Of a stretch of 16,987 nucleotides of DNA, positions 8,290-16,287 are shown in pieces (position 1 is the first letter of the stretch; every line of letters begins with the position of its first letter). Made by a program: the position numbers and the translations under genes. Under the pieces are notes generated by a model. That model was not told where the DNA came from and made no database searches. It saw only the letters and a list, made by a program, of their open reading frames with translations. Source of the stretch: Armatimonadota bacterium (GTDB lineage Bacteria > Armatimonadota > Armatimonadia > Armatimonadales > Armatimonadaceae); NCBI GenBank assembly GCA_043754515.1, contig JAYUUO010000042.1, forward strand, positions 1 to 16,987, given 5' to 3'.

Positions 8290-9120
8290 ATGGTAAGAAG
8301 CATTGAGGAAAGAAATTTGCTGGGGACGCAGGACCCCGACCACGATTCACCGAACACATTTTATGCGTACCGCGACGGGAAGTTAACCCCACCTTTAGAC
8401 CCGCTCGGCAAGCCGGATCCGGTCGCGGAGTTCGTACACGACTCGTTTCGAGCATTGATTTTGAACCCCCGTTTTACCTGCGTCACGGCGAAGTCGGCGT
8501 TTAATAAGGACAATTACCGGTTCAGTTCCTACCGGCATGACCTGGGTTCGCCGGACGCGCTCGCCCGTGATATATATCTTTTTATTAACGACCAGACTCG
8601 ACTCCAGGAGGGCGGCTTCTTTACCTTCGTCGCGACATTCACGGGACCTTCCGGGTTGAACGAGGGCGCATTCGAGGGACTGCTCTGGTCGCAACTCCAG
8701 GCACTACACGACCGCGACGCGGACGTATCGGTCTGGAATGACTCCGTGAGCAATGACCCGGCAAGCCCGCATTTCTCGTGGAGTTTCGGCGGGAGGGCAT
8801 TTTTCGTCGTTGGGTTGCACCCAGTGAGTAACCGGTTCACTCGCAGTTGCCCCTTCCCGACGCTGGTGTTCAACGCGCACTTCCAGTTTGAGCAACTGCG
8901 CGAAGCGGGGAAATTCGAGCGGATGCAGAATATCATGCGCTCGCGTGATACCGCGCTACAGGGCAACATCAACCTGAATCTTGCGGACTTCGGCGAGGCG
9001 AGTGACGCGCGCCAATACTCGGGGCGTCAGGTGGAGGGTAGCTGGCGGTGCCCTTTCCACGCCCACAAGGTCTCTCACCTTGATGACGCGGAGACCGACG
9101 CGCGGGGAAACCTCCTGTGA
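8290..9120 (+). CDS. YqcI/YcgG family (GntA/DcsA-like) heme-dependent guanidino N-hydroxylase homolog
   Basis: FTCVTAKSA (family FPC-like Cys motif), FEGLLWSQLQALHDRD, VSNDPASPHFSWSFGGRAFFVVGLHP, LVFNAHFQFEQLR, ARQYSGR, WRCPF. Recognised from memory of the family, not from a search. Confidence 0.85.
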   Translation: MVRSIEERNLLGTQDPDHDSPNTFYAYRDGKLTPPLDPLGKPDPVAEFVHDSFRALILNPRFTCVTAKSAFNKDNYRFSSYRHDLGSPDALARDIYLFINDQTRLQEGGFFTFVATFTGPSGLNEGAFEGLLWSQLQALHDRDADVSVWNDSVSNDPASPHFSWSFGGRAFFVVGLHPVSNRFTRSCPFPTLVFNAHFQFEQLREAGKFERMQNIMRSRDTALQGNINLNLADFGEASDARQYSGRQVEGSWRCPFHAHKVSHLDDAETDARGNLL

Positions 9121-9735
9121 ATAACCCCCCGCGAGAGTGGCCGGATACCGCCCCAGTCCGGCACCGCGTTCCTCCTGCGGCGGGGGGAGACACTCCGCGT
9201 CATGGACCCGAGCGGCGAGCAGGTGTCGGACCTGATGGCGTTCGCCGCGAACGAGACAAGCTGCACCATGGCACGCCTGCTCGAATGGCTCTCCTCCGGG
9301 CGCACATTAGACTACGCCGAGACGATCTATCTGATTACGGGGCACGTGCTTTACTCGCAGAACAGCCGCCCCCTGCTGACCATCACGGCGGACACCTGCG
9401 GGCGGCATGATTTCCTGCTCACGCCCTGCTCGCCCGAAACGTTCTCGATCATCTACAATACCACCGAGTACCACCCGTCCTGCTACGAGAACCTGTGGCG
9501 CAACCTTGCCCCCTTCGGCATGGAGCCGCAGGAGATCCCGACCTCGTTCAATCTGTTCATGAACGTCGCCGTGGACGGCGAAACCGGCAAAATCGCGGTG
9601 TTGCCCCCGCTATCGAAAGCGGGCGAATACATCGAACTGCGGGCGGAGCGTGACATTGTCGTCGGGTTGACCGCCTGCTCCGCCGAAATGGGCAACAACT
9701 ACGCCTTCAAGCCGATTGACTATATGATACAGTAG
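9117..9735 (+). CDS. DUF1989 / urea-carboxylase-associated (CgdA/B-like) protein; start region frame-disrupted
   Basis: The frame of ORF 9202..9735 is open from 9121: ITPRESGRIPPQSGTAFLLRRGETLRVMDPSGEQVSDLMAF...DTCGRHDFLLTPCS...HPSCYENL...FNLFMNV...LTACS. The natural-looking GTG at 9117 (GTGA overlap) is out of frame by one base in the C6 run at 9125-9130. Confidence 0.88.
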
Positions 9736-9774
9736 CTCGACCGCGCGCGTCGGTCACGAACGGGATGAGTAGAC

Positions 9775-10407
9775 ATGACCGAGCAGCCGGTGCCGACCCA
9801 TGAAAGAGAAGTAAGCGTAGCCCCCCTTCCCGTGATGCAAGGGATGGCGACGGCGGGTCTGGCTGCCCGTCAAGCATGGTCAGTGGAGCAGATTTCATTC
9901 CCCATAGTGACGAAGCCGGGGCGACAGAAGTGGAACGACCAGATTTCCGACTTTCGGACGGGGCAGGTCATTTTTGAACCGCGAAGAATTACTATAACAG
10001 GCAAAGCCGTGCTACCTTTAAGTACGCGGGCGTTGCTAATGTTCGTGTCGTTCGCCTTTTTTCTCGGCTGGGTTATTGTCGCTTTGGTGCTCGAGTATGT
10101 GATTCGGCGGGATCATACTGATCAGCTAACGTGGGATGAGGTAGACTCGCTAATAGTTGAGTCGCCTAAAAATCGGGTTTGTTTGATATACCACCACCCT
10201 GCCAAGCCTAAGACGAAATACGCGCTGGGTTTGAAGCTAGACGAGATTTCCTTGCGGGAGTTTGTCCAAATCTTCCGCGCGAATGTTCCGGAGCGTGTAA
10301 TTGAGGGGAAAATCGGCCCCGCCCCACCCCTCTTGGTCTGGATAGTGGCGTACCTAGTAATCGTGGGGCTGTTCCTACTTTCATATTTTGTTCAAGGTCA
10401 TCCGTGA
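9775..10407 (+). CDS. hypothetical membrane protein (210 aa)
   Basis: ATG ORF with hydrophobic segments LLMFVSFAFFLGWVIVALVL and LLVWIVAYLVIVGLFLLSYFV. Visibly AT-richer than the flanking genes. Confidence 0.75.
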   Translation: MTEQPVPTHEREVSVAPLPVMQGMATAGLAARQAWSVEQISFPIVTKPGRQKWNDQISDFRTGQVIFEPRRITITGKAVLPLSTRALLMFVSFAFFLGWVIVALVLEYVIRRDHTDQLTWDEVDSLIVESPKNRVCLIYHHPAKPKTKYALGLKLDEISLREFVQIFRANVPERVIEGKIGPAPPLLVWIVAYLVIVGLFLLSYFVQGHP

Positions 10408-10426
10408 TGGCGATAGATCAGGCCCC

Positions 10427-11338
10427 GTGGAGCTACACCAACTAGAAGCCTTCGTCGCCGTCGCGCGGGAGCGGTCTTTCACCCGCGCCGCGCAACCCCT
10501 GCACCTGACGCAATCGGCGGTGACGCGGGCCGTCGCCTCGCTGGAGTCCGAACTGCGGACGCGGCTGTTCGACCGACTCGGGCGCACGGTGCAACTCACA
10601 CCGTCCGGTGAGACGCTCCTGCGCTACGCCGAGCGAGTGTTACAACTCACGCGGGAAGCGAGGGACGCCGTGTCGGACATCGAATCCGGCTCCATGGGGC
10701 GGCTTTCGGTCGGCGCGAGTAGCACGCTGGCGACGTATCTCCTGCCCGGTCTGCTAGCGAAGTTCCGAACGGCGTACCCCGCCGTGGAGATTTCAATACA
10801 CACGGGAGTCTCCGAGCGGGTGCGCGAGCGAGTACGAAACGGTGCCGCCGACGTGGGGCTTGTGACGACAGGCCCCGGTCCGGCAGGCGGAGCCGGCGAC
10901 GCGACGATGACCACGCTTCCACTCGCGGATCTCGCCACATGCGTGGTTCTCCCGCCATCGCACCCACTCGCTAACCAGTTGTCCGTGGAACCCGCGACGC
11001 TCCTCGCCGGGGGGTTACCACTCCTTCTAATGGAAGTTGGGACGAACCTGCGCGGCTACGCCGAAGGCGTGCTGGGCAGTCCCCTCTCCCCAGCCATGGA
11101 GATGGACAACGTGGAAGCCATTAAGCGCATGATCGCGGCGGGCCTGGGTGTGTCACTCCTGCCGGAGCTGGCGGTCCGCGTCGAGGTAGCGGCGGGCACG
11201 CTCGCGACGCTATCCCTAACCGGCGTGCCGCCCGAATCCGGTCGGCGCATCGAGCTAGTTTACCACCGCGGTAAATACCTTTCCGCCGCCCTGCGCCGAT
11301 TTGTCGCGCTGTTACAGGTCGAGATTCCGAAGATGTAG
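10427..11338 (+). CDS. LysR family transcriptional regulator
   Basis: From GTG 10427: MELHQLEAFVAVARERSFTRAAQPLHLTQSAVTRAVASLESELRTRLFDR (HTH_1), then a substrate-binding domain (EAIKRMIAAGLGVSLLP). Confidence 0.95.
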   Translation: MELHQLEAFVAVARERSFTRAAQPLHLTQSAVTRAVASLESELRTRLFDRLGRTVQLTPSGETLLRYAERVLQLTREARDAVSDIESGSMGRLSVGASSTLATYLLPGLLAKFRTAYPAVEISIHTGVSERVRERVRNGAADVGLVTTGPGPAGGAGDATMTTLPLADLATCVVLPPSHPLANQLSVEPATLLAGGLPLLLMEVGTNLRGYAEGVLGSPLSPAMEMDNVEAIKRMIAAGLGVSLLPELAVRVEVAAGTLATLSLTGVPPESGRRIELVYHRGKYLSAALRRFVALLQVEIPKM

Positions 11339-11371
11339 GGCACGGAAGCAGGGTTAAGATGTAGAACGCGG

Positions 11372-11400
11372 GCGGATGTTCAGCCCGGCTGAACATCCGC
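11372..11400. terminator. strong palindromic hairpin between convergent genes (possible bidirectional terminator or REP-like element)
   Basis: GCGGATGTTCAGCC (11372-11385), C, GGCTGAACATCCGC (11387-11400): perfect inverted repeat. No clear U-tract. Confidence 0.55.
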
Positions 11401-11443
11401 GCCGAATACCGGCTCTGGTTTCGCCGCGCATCTGTCGCACCCG

Positions 11444-13228
11444 CTAGCGGCGACGGTGCCCGCGTCGCTTCGGGAGCGGGATCTCTGACTGCGCTTCCGC
11501 CGCCGACATCGCGCCGATGGATTCCTTCGCCTCGGTGAACGCTTTCAAGGTCTCGTCGTCGGTGGGCGATTCTGGGGTGCCGGTGACGACGATGCCATGC
11601 GGCACCGGGCGTGATGGCAGGTTCGGCGCGGTATGCCCGGTGACGAGAATCTTGTTATCGAACACGATGGAGGTCGAGAAGCCCGAGTCAACCAGCACCG
11701 CCTCGGTCAGGCCCGCCGCCGCCGCCGCGCGGGCGAGCGTTTCCGTAGTGATGACTTCGAGCGACCCGACCAGAGCGACCTCGCCATCCGCCGTGACGCC
11801 GAAACAGGCGCGGCGGCGCGGGTCGTTGAAGTCGGTCGCCGCGTACGCTTGCATCTGCTCGCGGGAGCGCGCCACACCGCCATGCACGATCCACGCCCCG
11901 GCTAAAAAGGCGTCAGTATAGGACGGCAACACCTTCTTAATCGCCTCCTCGTTATTCATCCAGCCGGGCTGGAACGGAAGGAAGACGATACTGTCGCCGC
12001 CCAAGATCACGAGCGGGCGGTTGCGCAGTTTGGGGAGATGCGCGACGAACTCTTCCGGTATGAACAGCGGGTCGTTCCCGGCTTTGCTCGGCCCGATCAG
12101 CACGTTGTTCGTGCCACGCAGGGCGGCGTCCGCGAAAAAGGTGCCATTCATGCCCGCGACGCCGCCGACCTGCCGCACGAACTCGCCGACGCTCTGCCGC
12201 TCCGAGGTCGCCCGCAGGGTTTGTGGCTTTCCGCCATACACGACGCCCAACTTCACGCCGTCGAACTGCTGTACTTTGAGCCGCACGGGCCCGCTTGTGA
12301 TCAGCGAAAGGTCAACCACGGACGCGGGCGCGTCCTCCGACGCCTTGTCACACTCCTCAATGGCCTGCTTAAGCCGCGTGTGGATGTACCGGTTTACAGT
12401 CACAATGTCCGGCGACTCTTCGGCAGAGCCGTTTTCGACGGTGAACGCCATCGTATATCCAGCACGCTTTGCCGCCTCGAACGTCACCTTGTCCCCCGTG
12501 CCGTTCGGATAGGCGAAGTAAGGCACCGGGTGCCCCAGTTCTTTTTCGAGCAGTGCTTTGGACTGCGTCAGTTCTTTGTCCTGCTCCCCGACCGGCAACT
12601 TCGCCATATCGGCGGGGTGGGACAGGGTGTGCGAGGCGATGGTAACCAGCCCGCCCGCGTCAAGCGTCTTGAGCGTATCCCAATCCATTTTCGGGTGCGA
12701 GCCGGTGGTGTCCCCGACGAAGTTCGTATGGACGAACATCGCCGACGGGAACTGCTTCTCCCGGAGGATCGGGTACGCATTGTCGTAATAGCCCTGATAG
12801 TTATCGTCGAAGGTCAGCACGATGCACTTCGCGGGAATATCCTCGCCGCGCGTCAGATGGCGGTGCAGTTGTTCTAGCGTGATGGGGGTTATGTCGTGCT
12901 CCGACAGATAGTCCATCTGCTCCCGGAACTCGCCCTCGGTGATGTCGAACCACACCGAGCCGCGCCCGCGCTTTTTAACCACGTCGTGGTACATGATCAC
13001 CGGGATGCGCGTGGACAGGCACCGGCCGTTCATCGGGGCGTACACCGTTTTGTCGAACGGTGTGTCAAGTAGCGCGACCGACGAGACGGGCGACGGCGAC
13101 GCGGCGACCGGGGGGCGGGGCGGGAGCGGGCGCGAGACGAGTTTGCGCAAGGTGTCACAACCGGACAGGGCAAGTATTATGGACAGAGCGAGCGTGGTGA
13201 GTAGCGTAGCGGAACGTGGGCGGAACAA
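11444..13228 (-). CDS. lipoprotein: polysaccharide deacetylase (CE4/NodB) fused to a phosphodiester glycosidase (NAGPA-like) domain
   Basis: Lipobox LALSGC. CE4 motifs IPVIMYH, LTFDDNY, SHTLSHP, FAYPNG. C-terminal GMNGTFF, PRRRACFG and LVDSGFSTS resemble NAGPA/DUF2233. GGAGG precedes the TTG start. Confidence 0.88.
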   Translation of the reverse strand: MFRPRSATLLTTLALSIILALSGCDTLRKLVSRPLPPRPPVAASPSPVSSVALLDTPFDKTVYAPMNGRCLSTRIPVIMYHDVVKKRGRGSVWFDITEGEFREQMDYLSEHDITPITLEQLHRHLTRGEDIPAKCIVLTFDDNYQGYYDNAYPILREKQFPSAMFVHTNFVGDTTGSHPKMDWDTLKTLDAGGLVTIASHTLSHPADMAKLPVGEQDKELTQSKALLEKELGHPVPYFAYPNGTGDKVTFEAAKRAGYTMAFTVENGSAEESPDIVTVNRYIHTRLKQAIEECDKASEDAPASVVDLSLITSGPVRLKVQQFDGVKLGVVYGGKPQTLRATSERQSVGEFVRQVGGVAGMNGTFFADAALRGTNNVLIGPSKAGNDPLFIPEEFVAHLPKLRNRPLVILGGDSIVFLPFQPGWMNNEEAIKKVLPSYTDAFLAGAWIVHGGVARSREQMQAYAATDFNDPRRRACFGVTADGEVALVGSLEVITTETLARAAAAAGLTEAVLVDSGFSTSIVFDNKILVTGHTAPNLPSRPVPHGIVVTGTPESPTDDETLKAFTEAKESIGAMSAAEAQSEIPLPKRRGHRRR

Positions 13229-13242
13229 AAGGCGAACCCTCC

Positions 13243-13302
13243 GCGCTTAGTTTACCGTGCCGCGCCCCCAAAAACCGGTACTAAACACGGTAAACTAAGC
13301 GC
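13243..13302. promoter_or_regulatory. perfect 17-bp inverted repeat carrying mirrored -10 boxes (twin divergent promoters)
   Basis: GCGCTTAGTTTACCGTG (13243-13259) and CACGGTAAACTAAGCGC (13286-13302), 26-nt spacer. Each arm contains an outward-facing TAAACT. The right arm ends immediately before the lysS ATG. Confidence 0.7.
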
Positions 13303-14841
13303 ATGGACGAACCCCAGAACCCTCCCTCCGGCATTATTCCGGAGCGACTTGAGAAGCTTCGCGCGCTACAGGCGGCGGGCATGAACCCTTTTTCGCCGGA
13401 AACATTCGACCGGACGCACTCCTTCGCCCGGATACACGAACAGTGCGATGACCTTCTAGAGCAGACGGTGCGCGTCGCCGGGCGCATCGTCGCGGTGCGC
13501 TGGATGGGCAAAGCCGCGTTTATGACGGTGCAGGATGACGCGCCGGTCGGGATCCCCGGTCGGGCACAACTCTACATGCGGCGCGACGACATCGGCGAAG
13601 CGACGTACGACGCGTTGCGGCACGGCCTCGACATCGGCGATTTCGTCGGGGTGGAGGGATTCGTGTTCCGCACGAAAACCGGCGAGCCTTCGGTACACGC
13701 GAAGTCGGTCTTGCCACTCGCCAAGGCGTTGCGCGATGTCGGTGCCGCGCTCGGCAAGGAATATGTCAAAGACGACGGCACGGAAGGCGAGGCGAACAAA
13801 GCATCGGACACCGAAATGCGGTACCGACAGCGGTATATGGATCTGTTCGTGAACCGGGACGCGCGCGAGGTGCTGGTCAAGCGGCTGACTATCACCCGCG
13901 CCACGCGCTCGTTTCTAGACGGCGAGGGCTTCCTGGAGGTCGAAACCCCGGTGCTACAAACGGAAGCGGGCGGCGCGACCGCGCGACCGTTTCACACGCA
14001 CCACAACGCGCTGGACCTAGATCTGCATCTGCGCATCTCATTGGAGTTGCCTCTCAAGCGGCTGATCGTGGGCGGGCTGGACCGGGTGTACGAGATCGGG
14101 CGCGTGTTCCGCAACGAGGGGATTTCGACGCGGCACAACCCGGAGTTCACGATGCTGGAGTTTTACCAGGCGTACACAAATCTGGAGGGCATGATGGATA
14201 TCGTGGAGCGCATGTTCCGCCATATCTGCCGCGCGGTCACCGGGGGCGAGACGCTGATGCTCCCGGATGGCACCGTGCTGAACTTCGCGAAAACCTGGGA
14301 TCGTTTGCCGATGCTCGCCGGGATCGAACAGAACGCGGGCATCACGCCGGATGCGTTCGATTCGCTGGACGCCGCGAAGGCCGCGATGGGAAGAGTCGGC
14401 GTTGACCCGTCTAGAGAGACCATGATCGGCGGCATCATCGAGAAGTTACACGAGGTCTTCACCGAGCCGAAACTGATCCAGCCGACGTTCATCACTGACT
14501 TCCCACTCGACACGTCGCCGCTCGCCCGCAAGCGTCCCGACAACCCGAACCTGACGCGGCGGTTCGAGATCTATATGACCGGGCGCGAAATCGGGAACGC
14601 GTTCTCGGAGATCAATGACCCGCTCGATCAGCGCGAGCGTTTCGAGGCGCAGGTCGCCCAGCGGGCGGCGGGCAACGCCGAGGCGCAGCCGATGGACGAG
14701 GACTTCCTCCGCGCCCTGGAGTACGGCATGCCGCCGACCGGCGGCTTCGGGATGGGGATGGATCGCGTCGCGATGATATTCACGGGCGCGGCGAGCATCC
14801 GAGACGTGATCTTTTTCCCGTTGTTGCGCCCGGAGCGGTGA
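13303..14841 (+). CDS. lysS: lysine--tRNA ligase (class II)
   Basis: OB-fold VAGRI...MGKAAF, RYRQRYMDL, FLEVETPVL, GGATARPF, FRNEGISTRHNPEFTMLEFY (motif 2), YGMPPTGGFGMGMDR (motif 3). Confidence 0.98.
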   Translation: MDEPQNPPSGIIPERLEKLRALQAAGMNPFSPETFDRTHSFARIHEQCDDLLEQTVRVAGRIVAVRWMGKAAFMTVQDDAPVGIPGRAQLYMRRDDIGEATYDALRHGLDIGDFVGVEGFVFRTKTGEPSVHAKSVLPLAKALRDVGAALGKEYVKDDGTEGEANKASDTEMRYRQRYMDLFVNRDAREVLVKRLTITRATRSFLDGEGFLEVETPVLQTEAGGATARPFHTHHNALDLDLHLRISLELPLKRLIVGGLDRVYEIGRVFRNEGISTRHNPEFTMLEFYQAYTNLEGMMDIVERMFRHICRAVTGGETLMLPDGTVLNFAKTWDRLPMLAGIEQNAGITPDAFDSLDAAKAAMGRVGVDPSRETMIGGIIEKLHEVFTEPKLIQPTFITDFPLDTSPLARKRPDNPNLTRRFEIYMTGREIGNAFSEINDPLDQRERFEAQVAQRAAGNAEAQPMDEDFLRALEYGMPPTGGFGMGMDRVAMIFTGAASIRDVIFFPLLRPER

Positions 14842-14849
14842 AGGGCACA

Positions 14850-14880
14850 GGTTGGCTGTCGAAGCACACGACGGCCAACC
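14850..14880. terminator. hairpin between convergent lysS and hemL
   Basis: GGTTGGCTGTCG (14850-14861), 7-nt loop, CGACGGCCAACC (14869-14880): 12-bp stem with one G-U pair on the plus strand. No strong U-tract. Confidence 0.55.
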
Positions 14881-14881
14881 A

Positions 14882-16183
14882 TCAAAGCGCGGCGAACGAC
14901 TCGTCCGCCGCGTCCGCGACGCGCCGGTACTCCTCGGGCGTGATCGCCGCCGACGCGAACGCCGCCTCGAACTGCGACGGCGGCAGGTACACGCCGCGCT
15001 TCAGCATCTCGTTGAAGAACCGGGCGAAGCGCGCCGTGTCGCTCGTCTTCGCCGTCGCATAGTCCGTGACCGGAGTGCCAGTGAAGAAGACAGTAAACAT
15101 GGAGCCGACCTGATTCACGATCACCGGAACATCGGCGCGGCGCGCCCCTTCGCGAAGCCGCTCGCAGAGCAACGTTACCTGCGCTTCCAGGTATTCATAC
15201 GGCGGTAGCTCGCGCAGTTTACGGAGCATTGCCCGCCCCGCCGCGACCGCGAGTGGATTTCCGGACAGCGTCCCCGCCTGATAAACCGGGCCGACCGGTG
15301 CCACGCAGTCCATGATGTCGGCCCGCCCGCCGTAGGCGGCGAGTGGTAGCCCCCCGCCGACGATCTTCCCGACCGCGCAGAGATCCGGTACCACGCCGAA
15401 ACGCTCGGACGCCCCGCCGTACGCGAGTCGGAACCCGGTCATCACCTCGTCGAATAGGAGTAGCACGCCGTGCTCGCGGGTGAGCGCGCGCAAGCCTTGT
15501 AGGTAGCCGGACGCGGGCGCGACGCAACCCATATTCCCTGCCACCGCCTCCAGTGCCACGGCGGCTATGTCATCGTCCGACTCCAGAAGCGTCGCGACGG
15601 CGTCCAGATCGTTGAACGGGAGTGTCAGCGTCGCCGCCGTCACGCCCGCCGGTACCCCGGCGGAATCGGGCAACCCGAACGTCGCCAGGCCGCTACCCGC
15701 CTTCGCGAGGAGCGCGTCGCTGTGCCCGTGGTAGCACCCCTCGAACTTGACGATCTTGTTCTTAGCCGTGAACCCGCGCGCGACCCGCAGGAACGACATG
15801 GCCGCCTCGGTACCAGACGACACCAGGCGCACCTTTTCGACGCACGGCACGGCGTCACGTATCTCTTCGGCGAACAGCACTTCCGCCTCCGTGGACGCGC
15901 CGAACGTGGTTCCGCGCGTCATGGCGTCCGCGACCGCCGCGAGGATCACGGGGTCGGCGTGCCCATAGATGAGCGGCCCCCAGGAGCCGACCAGATCCAG
16001 ATACCGGTTGTCGTCCACATCTACAAGGTATGCGCCCTCGCCCCGCGCGATAAAAAGCGGCTCGCCGCCCACGGAGCGGAAAGCGCGCACGGGGGAGTTC
16101 ACGCCACCGGGGATCACGGCCCGGGCCCGCGCGAACAGTTCGGTGCTACGGGCGCGGTCGAGGGGAAGAGGGATTGATGTCAT
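14882..16183 (-). CDS. hemL: glutamate-1-semialdehyde 2,1-aminomutase
   Basis: PGGVNSPVRAF, SWGPLIYGHA, SGTEA, FEGCYHGHSD, FDEVMTGFR, GKIVGGGLP (PLP lysine), YQAGTLSGNP, PPSQFEA. Start ATG 16183 (MTSIPL) preferred over 16252. Confidence 0.97.
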   Translation of the reverse strand: MTSIPLPLDRARSTELFARARAVIPGGVNSPVRAFRSVGGEPLFIARGEGAYLVDVDDNRYLDLVGSWGPLIYGHADPVILAAVADAMTRGTTFGASTEAEVLFAEEIRDAVPCVEKVRLVSSGTEAAMSFLRVARGFTAKNKIVKFEGCYHGHSDALLAKAGSGLATFGLPDSAGVPAGVTAATLTLPFNDLDAVATLLESDDDIAAVALEAVAGNMGCVAPASGYLQGLRALTREHGVLLLFDEVMTGFRLAYGGASERFGVVPDLCAVGKIVGGGLPLAAYGGRADIMDCVAPVGPVYQAGTLSGNPLAVAAGRAMLRKLRELPPYEYLEAQVTLLCERLREGARRADVPVIVNQVGSMFTVFFTGTPVTDYATAKTSDTARFARFFNEMLKRGVYLPPSQFEAAFASAAITPEEYRRVADAADESFAAL

Positions 16184-16196
16184 GCCCCATTGTAGC
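16184..16196 (-). promoter_or_regulatory. putative -10 box for a leaderless hemL transcript
   Basis: Minus strand GCTACAAT-GGGGC-ATG: TACAAT (16194-16189) lies 5 nt from the ATG, and there is no properly spaced SD. Confidence 0.5.
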
Positions 16197-16287
16197 GCGG
16201 ACGGGGTGGCCGCGCCCTCCATGCGCGGCTCCCGAACGCAGGTTTTCGACACATACCTATAAGCGTTCGCGACGACTTATCTATCCC

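Noticed and set aside
9118..9165. Selenocysteine insertion at TGA 9118-9120
   Set aside because: The codon falls in a non-conserved inter-domain position, not at a catalytic Cys-equivalent site, and the downstream hairpin is not convincingly SECIS-like.
9117..9410. 97-aa ORF from GTG 9117 as an independent gene
   Set aside because: After the first codons it is an off-frame shadow of the DUF1989 coding sequence.
11517..13250. Plus-strand ORFs such as 12038..12877 and 12021..12512
   Set aside because: Antisense shadows of the deacetylase gene with no recognisable domains.
13229..13302. T-box or lysine riboswitch upstream of lysS
   Set aside because: The gap is only 74 bp, is occupied by the inverted repeat, and has no T-box motif.
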